This document shows positions 1-9,200 of a DNA stretch of 64,000 bases, piece after piece. The stretch spans positions 3,367 to 67,366 of the forward strand of contig OZ246403.1 of NCBI GenBank assembly GCA_965230925.1. The letters are read 5' to 3'. Within the stretch, counting starts at the first letter, position 1, and every line of letters begins with the position of its first letter. This stretch comes from an uncultured Candidatus Saccharibacteria bacterium. GTDB lineage: Bacteria > Patescibacteriota > Minisyncoccia > Phycocordibacterales > JACOZG01. The notes under the pieces were generated by a model. That model was not told where the DNA came from and did not search any database. It saw only the letters and a list, made by a program, of their open reading frames with translations. Both the position numbers and the translations under genes were made by a program.

Positions 1-98
1 GCGCCGAGTGCTCACTCCTTGCGTTTGTTGGTGGAAGATCCGGGTTTTGAAATCTTTACTTTTACCTTCGGCTAACGTTTAATAGGCGAGTTTGGTAC

Positions 99-181
99 GG
101 GCGCGTGGCGGAACTGGTATACGCGTACGCTTCAGAAGCGTATGGCCTCTGGCCTTGAGAGTTCAAGTCTCTCCGCGCCCA
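99..181 (+). tRNA. tRNA-Leu (anticodon CAG), type II tRNA with long variable arm; CCA not encoded
   Basis: Cloverleaf read directly from the sequence. The acceptor stem GGGCGCG (99-105) pairs with CGCGCCC (174-180), followed by discriminator A. The anticodon arm is TACGC / TTCAGAA / GCGTA, with anticodon CAG flanked by U33 and A37. A long variable hairpin GGCC-TCT-GGCC is present. The T-arm is GAGAG / TTCAAGT / CTCTC. Confidence 0.85.
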
Positions 182-228
182 CTTTTTTCTCGGTTTTCTG
201 TGGATAAAGCCAATTTTTTCTGATCTAT

Positions 229-240
229 AAGTGATATAAT
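229..240 (+). promoter_or_regulatory. Extended -10 promoter element (TGaTATAAT) 7 nt upstream of the GTG start of the giant fibre gene; possible leaderless or very short leader transcript
   Basis: TG at 232-233 and TATAAT at 235-240. No Shine-Dalgarno sequence lies between the element and the GTG at 248. Confidence 0.3.
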
Positions 241-247
241 TTTCTAC

Positions 248-3200
248 GTGAGAAAATCACGCCTTTTTCTGTATCTCGTTATCTTTTCTTTTATTTTTTC
301 TAGTATTTTCCCGACCGCTTTGGCCCAAGGCGTACCTACGGTTATCAGCTATCAAGGTCGTCTCGCTGATTCAAGTGGCAACCTTCTCGGTGGTTCCGGT
401 ACTACTTACTATTTCAAGTTTTCGATTTGGGATAATGCCACCGTTGGTTCTGGCTCCCAGCTTTACCCCAGTAGTTCACCAAGCTCGGTTTCTGCCACGG
501 TGCGGCAAGGTGTTTTTACTACGAGCATTGATGTTTCCGGATACAATTTTAATCGAGAAGATGCGGTTTATCTCCAAGTTGAAGCTTCGTCAGATAATTC
601 CACTTTCCAAACCTTAAGCCCACGCCAGCGTGTCACGGCCTCGGCTTTCGCTGAGCTCGCTGGCGCTGTTTCTGGTACCGGTTCTTCATCCTTTGGTACC
701 ACCACACCCATTACCAATTCTCAAGTGACCGTGGAGGCTACAACCACGACGGCTATTCCGCTCGCGCTTCGTGGCGCCTCTGGCCAAACAGCCAATCTTT
801 TTCAAATTCAAAACGCTTCTGCCTCCAATCTCTTTTATGTTAATTCAAGTGGCGCGGTATTTGCTTCTTCTACTTTGCAAGTTGCAGCAACCACTACAAT
901 TTACAGTGACTTGGTTCTTTCTGGGACGACTAAGTTTAATGGCAATACTTACACCTGGCCGAGTTCAATTGGTGCTGGTAATTTTCTTCAAACTGATGCA
1001 AGTGGTAATTTAACCTGGGCCTCGACTGGTGCTTCAGCTGGTGGTTGGACGGATGGGGGAACCACGGTAAGCCCGACGGCGTCTACAGACTTAATTTCAT
1101 TTACTCAGGGTTCTAGTACTATGTTTTCTGTTTTAGAGAACGCTTATTTTGGACGGACCGCTACAAGTACTTTTGATTCTGCTGGAAACTTGAACCTAGC
1201 TTCGACGGGAGAATATTATATTGGTGGAACGAATGTCCTTGATGCTACCACCCTCGGTTCCTCTGTTCTTGCCTCTTCCTTAACTTCTGTTGGCACTCTT
1301 TCTTCTTTAGCTGTTTCCGGTCTCTCCACCCTAACTGGCGGAATTTTCACCAACAACGCAACTTCAACTATCACCAATCTAACCACCGTCAACGCCACCT
1401 CTACCAATGCCACAACAACAAGACTTGCGATTACTGGTCTTGCTACTCCAGCGGGAACTTTTTTGGCTGTTAATCCAAATGGTCAGGTTATTGCCACAAC
1501 TACGCCGAGTGGTTCCGGCTCTGTTTCATCTGTATCCAACGCCAACGGTACTCTCACTATCTCGCCAACTACCGGTGCCGTGGTTGCTTCCCTCAATCTC
1601 GGCAACGCCAACACTTGGACGGCCCTCCAGTCTTTCTCCAGTGCCTCCTCCTCTCTCTTCTCCAACACTGGCACGGCATACTTTGGAGGAACGGCCACCT
1701 CCACATTCAACTCCGCTGGCGCTCTAACCCTCGCTTCAGCTCTCGCTGTAACCTCAGGTGGTACAGGTGCTACAAGTTTAGACAACCTGATTACTCTCGG
1801 CACTCACACCACTGGTAACTATCTTGCCACTCTTACCAATGCTGGCGGTCTTACCGTCGCTAACTCTGGATCAGAAACGGCTGGTGTCACTATTGCGATC
1901 GACACCGCTAATCCCAACACCTGGACCGGCCTCCAACAATTCACCGCCGCTTCCACCACCAGACTTTCGGTTTATGGGCCAAGTTATTTTGGTGGAACGG
2001 CGACGAGTACTTTTGACACCGCTGGTAATCTCAACCTTGCTTCTGGTGCCGCCTACTCAATTAATGGCACTAGCGTCTTAAACGCCAATACTCTTGGCAG
2101 TGGTATTACCGCTTCTTCCCTTACCAGCCTTGGTACACTTTCCAGTCTCTCCGCCTCCGGCCTCTCCACCCTAACCGGCGGAATTCTCGCGAACAACAGC
2201 ACTTCCACCATCACTAACCTCACAATGGTGAACAGCACCAGTACCAATGCCACTACTACCAACCTAGCAATCTCTGGTCTCGCTACTGCCGCCGGCACCT
2301 TCCTCGCCGTTAACCCCAATGGTCAAGTGATTGCGACCACCACTCCCACTTCTGGCATTATCACGATTGAAGAAAACAACAGCACGGTCACCTCAAGTGC
2401 CACCGTCATCGACTTCCTCGGTGCCGACTTTACGGTCACCGGTGCTTCTGGTGAAGGTGATGTCGCCATTGATTACGCCAACTCTGGTATTACCAGAGTT
2501 GGTCAGAATGAAACTGTCACTGGTAGCTGGACTTTATCTGGTCTTACCACCATGGCCCGAGCCTCCTCCTCTCTCTTCTCCAACACTGGCACGGCATACT
2601 TTGGAGGAACGGCGACTAGCACCTTCGACTCCGCTGGTATTCTCACCCTCATCAACAGTGGTCTCCATGTCTTCGACACCAATGCCAGCCACGATCTGAT
2701 CATCACTCCCGGTTCCGACTTAACCGCTGACCGCATTCTGACCATTACGACCGGTGACTCGGCTCGGACACTCACCTTAACCGGTGACACCTCTCTCACT
2801 GGCACCAACAGTGGCGACGTCACCCTCGCTGGTACGCCTGACTACATCACTATCTCTGGCCAAGTGATCACCAGAGGCACCATCGATATCGGCGATGACA
2901 CCAACTTAGCCGCCACCTATCCACTCATTCTCACCGGTGACACTCTTTCTTCTGCTCTAGCTACCACCTCAAGCAATACTTGGGCGGGGACACAAACTTT
3001 CAATGACATCGTGGTTACCGATGCTACCACCACCAGCTTCACCGTGGGCACCGATTACCTCACTGATATCACTGGTGGTGGCCTTACTCTCTCGGCTAAT
3101 GCTCTCACTGTCGATGATGTTACTCCTACCATGCTCCAAAGTGCTGACTTCGGGGATTTCACTTGCAATGGGACTAGCTGCGCTTTGGACTCTGACTCCA

Positions 3201-6200
3201 TTACTCTCGCCACCGACACCACCGGTAACTATGTTGCTACCCTCTCTTCTTCTGGTTCCATCACTGTCGCTAACTCAGGTTCAGAAAATGCTGCTGTTAC
3301 TGCTAATCTCAATATGGGCAACGCCAACACCTGGACGGCCCTTCAGTCCTTCTCCAATGCTTCCTCTTCTCTCTTCTCCAACACGGGTACGGCATACTTT
3401 GGTGGAACGGCTACCTCCAGCTTCTCTTCCACTGGAGCTCTAACCCTCGCTTCAGCCCTCGGCATCGCGAGTGGTGGTACCAACAACACTTCGTTCTCAA
3501 ATAACTCACTTCTTTTTTATAACGGCACTTCCATTGTTTCTACCTCGACGAGTCCGCTCTATGTTGGAGCAATTGTGGCCACTTCAACAACCGCGACAAC
3601 CACAATTTCTACTGGCGGTCTTGCCGTGGCGACCAACAAGTTAGTGGTACAACAAACTTCCGGCAACGTTGGTATTGGTACAGCCTCGCCCACAACGGGT
3701 CTTGATGTCGATGTGGCGAGCGACTTTTCGGGTGACGTGACCGTTTCTGGCGGCAGCACTCTCACCATTTCTTCTACCGGAGCGATTAATCAAACTGGTT
3801 CTGGTCAAGTGACTTTTGCGGGCAATGTGGATGCGACTAACGGCCTTGATGTGACCAATGCCAATTTTACCGTTGGTGGTAATAAACTCACCGTTGCTCC
3901 GGCCACAGGAAATACTGCGGTTGCGGGAACCATCGCCGTGACCGGTGCCGCAGCTGCTTCTTCCACTCTCCAAGTTACTGGAGCCACGCGACTTTATTCC
4001 ACTCTTACCACCGATGGCGCGCTTACGGCTTCCGCGGCTGGTACTGGTTTGAGTGTCACCAATAACGCCTCAGTCGGCGGTACTCTCGCGGTTACAGGCG
4101 CTGCCACTCTCTCAAATAATCTTGCGGTTACTGGCACATTAAGCGCCGCCGCCACCACGCTTTCTGGTAATTTGGCCATGGGCAGCAATCGCATTACCGG
4201 TCTGGCTAATCCTTCTTCCGACAATGATGCGGCCAATAAAACGTATGTTGACTCTATTGCGCAAGGTCTCTCTCTTAAGGACTCGGTGCGGGTGGGGACT
4301 ACGGCTAATATTACGCTCTCGGGTGAGCAGACGATTGACGGTGTGTCAGTGGTGGCGGGTAATCGGGTTTTGGTGAAGAATCAGAGCACCGCTTCGCAAA
4401 ACGGTATTTATACCGCGGCTTCTGGTGCTTGGTCGCGCTCTACCGATGCCGATGAGAGCAGTGAGGTCACGGCAGGTATGTTCACCTTCATTACTGAGGG
4501 TTCAACCAACGCCAATTCCGGTTGGGTGCTTACCACCACGGGAACAATTACTCTCGGTTCTACCTCTCTTTCCTTTACCCAGTTCTCTGGCGCCGGAAGT
4601 ATTATTGCTGGTACTGGTATGACGAAGAGCGGCAACACCCTTGATGTGGCGGGTACTACCGATCGGATTACAGCTAATGCTGACTCGATTGATATTGCTT
4701 CTACCTATGTGGGTCAAGCTTCTATCACGACCACTGGTGCGCTTAGTTCTGGTTCCATTGGTTCGTCTTTCGGTGCGATTGATATTGGGGCCGATGCGCT
4801 TACGGCCGGAGCGATTTCTGGTACCAATGTTTCAGCCTCTGGAAACTTGGCGATTACTGGCACTAGTGCCTTCACGGGTAATGTGACAATGTCTGGAACC
4901 TTGGCTGTGGCTACGACCACTCTTTCTGGAGACATTGTGATGAGTGGCAAGAAAATTACCGGCCTTGCTGATCCAAGCTCAGCTCAAGAGGCCGCCACCA
5001 AGGCTTATGTGGATTCCGTGGCCCAAGGTCTTACGGTTAAGGAAGCCGCTCGAGGCGCTTCCACCGCCAACCTCACTCTCTCGGGAGAGCAAACAGTAGA
5101 CGGCGTAGCTCTCGTGGCGGGTGACCGTATTTTGGTCAAGAATCAAAGTACTGGATCACAAAACGGTATTTATGTTGTTGCTTCTGGTGCTTGGTCACGC
5201 TCAAGTGATGCGAATGAAAACGGTGAGATCGCTTCGGGAATGTACGTCTTCGTCTCGAGCGGCACCACTCAAGCCAATACTGGTTGGTCGCTTACGACCA
5301 CGGGTTCAATTACGATTGACTCCACCTCGCTTGCCTTCACTCAATTCTCTGGTTCTACCGACATTACGGCGGGTGCTGGTCTGACGAAAACGGGTACAAC
5401 CATTGATATTGTTGGTACGGCCAACCGGATTACGGTTGCGGCCGATGCTATCGATATCGCCGCCACTTATGTTGGTCAGAGTTCAATTACCACAACCGGC
5501 GCACTCGTTTCTGGTTCCATCGCCTCCGGTTTCGGCAATATTAATATCGGCGCTTCAACTTTGGCGGCCGGGGAATCCACCTTCGCGACCACCACCTCTT
5601 TTGGTGATGTGGCTATTGGTCGCACGGCTACCACCACGATTAAGGGTAACTCTGCCACCTCCACCTTTAGCGGGGGAATTAGTTTAGCGGCCGGTAATTT
5701 AAATCTCGCAACCGGTGGCAGTTATCTCATCAATAATATCAATATTTTAAACGCTACAACTCTCGGCTCATCAGTGGTTTCTTCTTCTCTAACTGGCGTA
5801 GGGACACTTGCCTCTGGTGCTATCTCGGCCGGCTTCGGCGCTATTGATATCGGTGCCGATACTCTAGCCGCTGGTGCAACCACCCTCACCACTCTATCTG
5901 CCTCCGGCCTCTCCACTCTAACCGGAGGAATTCTCGCCAACAATGCGACAAGTACCATTACTAATCTAACGATGGTGAATGCAACAACAACCTCCGCCAC
6001 CACCACCAACTTCGCCATCTCTGGCCTTGCTACGGCTGCCGGCACTCTCCTTGCTGTTGATCCAAATGGTCGCGTTGTTGCCACCTCCACTCCTCAAGGT
6101 ACTGTTACCTCCGTCTCCAACTCCAACGGCACTCTCACCATCAGTCCCACCACTGGAGCAGTGGTTGCTTCGCTGAACTTAGGTAATGCTAATACTTGGA

Positions 6201-9200
6201 CGGCGCTGCAAACCTTCTCCTCTGGTCTCCTTTCTACCTCAAGTTCTACGATTACCAGTTTGACGATGGTAAACAGTACGAGCACCAGTGCCACCACCAC
6301 CAATCTCGCCATCTCTGGCCTTGCTACTGCGGCCGGCACCTTCCTCGCGGTTAACCCCAATGGCCAGGTGATTGCGACGACCACTCCCACTTCCGGTATC
6401 ATCACGATCGAAGAAAACAACAGCACCGTTACATCAAGCGCTACCGTCATCGACTTCCTCGGTGCTGACTTCACCGTTACCGGTGCTTCTGGTGAAGGAG
6501 ACATTGCCATTGATTATGCCAACTCCGGTATTACGCGAGTCGGTCAGAATGAAACTGTGACCGGTGCTTGGACTTTCTCTGGCCTTTCCTCTTTCGCTCG
6601 AGCCTCCTCCACCCTGTTCTCCAACACTGGCACAGCATATTTCGGTGGGACGGCCACCTCCACATTCGATTCATCTGGCGTTCTCACTCTAGTTAACTCC
6701 GGCCTCCACCTCTTCGATACCAACAGTTCCCACGATCTCATCATCACCCCTGGCTCCGACTTAACCGCTGACCGGATTCTCACCATCACCACTGGTGACT
6801 CGGCCCGCACTCTTACCTTAACCGGCGACACCTCACTCACTGGCACCAACACTGGTGATGTCACTCTTGCTGGTACTCCTGATTACATCACTATCTCTGG
6901 CCAAGTGATCACTAGAAACACCATCGACATTGGCGATGACACCAACCTTGCTGCCACCTATCCTCTCATCTTAACTGGCGATACTCTGTCTTCCGCTCTT
7001 GCCACCACCTCAAGCAATACCTGGGCTGGTACTCAAACCTTCAACGATATCGTGGTTACCGATGCCACCACCACCAGCTTAACTGTCGGTACTGACTATC
7101 TGACCGATATCACGGGCGGAGGTCTTACTCTTTCTGGTAATGCTCTAACCGTTGACGATGTTACTCCCACCATGCTCCAAAGTGCTGACTTTGGCGATTT
7201 CACTTGCAATGGCACCACTTGTAGTTTAGACAATGATACGGTAGCGGAAGCCGAGCTTGATCTCTCGGCTGTTACCCTCAACGACTTCACCAATGATGCT
7301 GGGTTTGTCACCACCAGTGGCGCCAATACTTGGACCAGTCTACAACAATTTGCCCGGGCTTCATCCACCATGCTTTCCGTTTATGGCCCCGCCTATTTCG
7401 GTGCGACGGCGACAAGTAGTTTCGACACGGCGGGCAATCTCAATCTTGCGAGTGGAGCGGCGTATTCTATTGCTGGAGCAAGCGTTTTGAACGCGACGAC
7501 ACTTGGTTCTAATGTTGTAGCATCTTCACTCACTTCTGTCGGTGCTCTCAATGGCGGCTCCATTACTTCTGGTTTCGGAGCAATTGATATTGGAACAGAC
7601 GGATTTACTGGTGGTAATTTAACCTTATCGGCCACCGGCACCGCCATTTCTCTGGGGGTCGGTAGCACCACCCCTTGGGGTCGCTTCTCGGTAGAACTGG
7701 ATACTTATAACCCAGCGATGGTGGTGGCCAATCAAGGGTCATCATCACCTGCTTTTTACATTGGTGGTGTAAATCAGAACGGTAGGATTGGTATTGGAAC
7801 CAAAACACCGAATGACATGCTAGAAGTGAGTGGTAATATTGCTCTAACTGATGATGGCACAGCTAAAACCATTGGGATTTATCAGGGTTCTTTTGGTACT
7901 GATTTAACCGTTAGGGCAAGTGATAGTGGTGATATTACTGCGGGACATTTAAACTTAACTGCCGGTTCAGCTGGTGGTGGCACCGGCGGTAATGTAAACA
8001 TCACCTCTGGTAATGGGTTTGCTGGTTCTGACGGTAGTATCAACTTAAGTGCTCCTACCACCGGTGGAGCAGTAAACATTGTTGGTCAGATTATGAATAT
8101 TGGTTCGGCGGGAGTTAAGATTACCGCTGATGGTGACGGGGCCCTCACGCTTCTTGGTCTTGGTGACGGAAGTGATGAAAACCTAGTAATCAACTTCGAT
8201 GATACTGCGAACGAGATAGATATCACCTCAAGTACTGGGGTCACTCGCGTAGATTACAACTCCTTAATTATTGAATCGGGAGCACTACAAGTTGACACTG
8301 CCGCCACTGGTGTAAACATTGATACTGACGGCGACGGCATGCTCATTCTTCTTGGTACTTCCACCGGCGCTGATGAAGACCTTCGCATTAACCTCGACGA
8401 TACAGCAAACGTGATCGAGTTTACTTCCACCACCGGTGCGACAGAAGCTCGATTTAGCTCTATTGGTTTGTTGTCTACAGCCTCATCTACCATTGGTGCC
8501 GGTGGAGTGACAACAGGTCTTACTGTTAGCGGTACAGCCACGACTACTCTCGATGTGGTGGTGCTTGGTCAAGACATTCAACTTGGTTCCGCTGGTGTTA
8601 AGATGACTGATGACGGCGATGGAGCCATTACTTTCCTCGGTCTTGGTAATGGTAATGACGAGAGTCTTACCCTTAACCTCGATGACACTTCTAATCAAGC
8701 CGTTTGGACCACGGGCACCAGCATTAGTCTCTGGGATCTCCAGAGTATGGGTCTCAATGCTCTTGAGCTTTCGGTTGGTACCACTTCACCTTGGGGTGAT
8801 CTCTCGGTTGAGATGGACACCGACAGCCCATCATTTGTGGTGGCAAACCAAGGTTCTACCACCCCCGCCTTCTTCATTGGTGGCGTAAACGCTAACGGGA
8901 AAATTGGTATTGGTACCGCAAGCCCTAGCGCAATTCTTGATATCACCGGGGATGTTGTTCAGACTTTCACGGGAACTACGGGAGATGCTCATACCATCAC
9001 GGCTTCTTCTCTGACCACAGGTTCAGCTCTGGTGCTTACTGGGCCTTCGGCAACTGATGAGGGTGTAGACGATGCACTTCTTAAGCTCGTGGGTAATGTG
9101 GAAAACGTTGCTAGCGGTGGGGGGCTCTTTAGTAGCACGGCAACCCTAGAAACCAATAGCGGTACGGTAGGTAATAACGTTTATGTGTCCACGGTAAATT

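Noticed and set aside
1-98. Possible second tRNA or RNA gene upstream of tRNA-Leu
   Set aside because: The first 98 nt cannot be folded into a cloverleaf and contain no recognisable conserved RNA motif.
1270-8900. Possible CRISPR array suggested by the many direct repeats
   Set aside because: The repeats are 250-1000 bp protein-coding modules in one frame of a single ORF. They lack short unique spacers, and there are no cas genes. They are not CRISPR.
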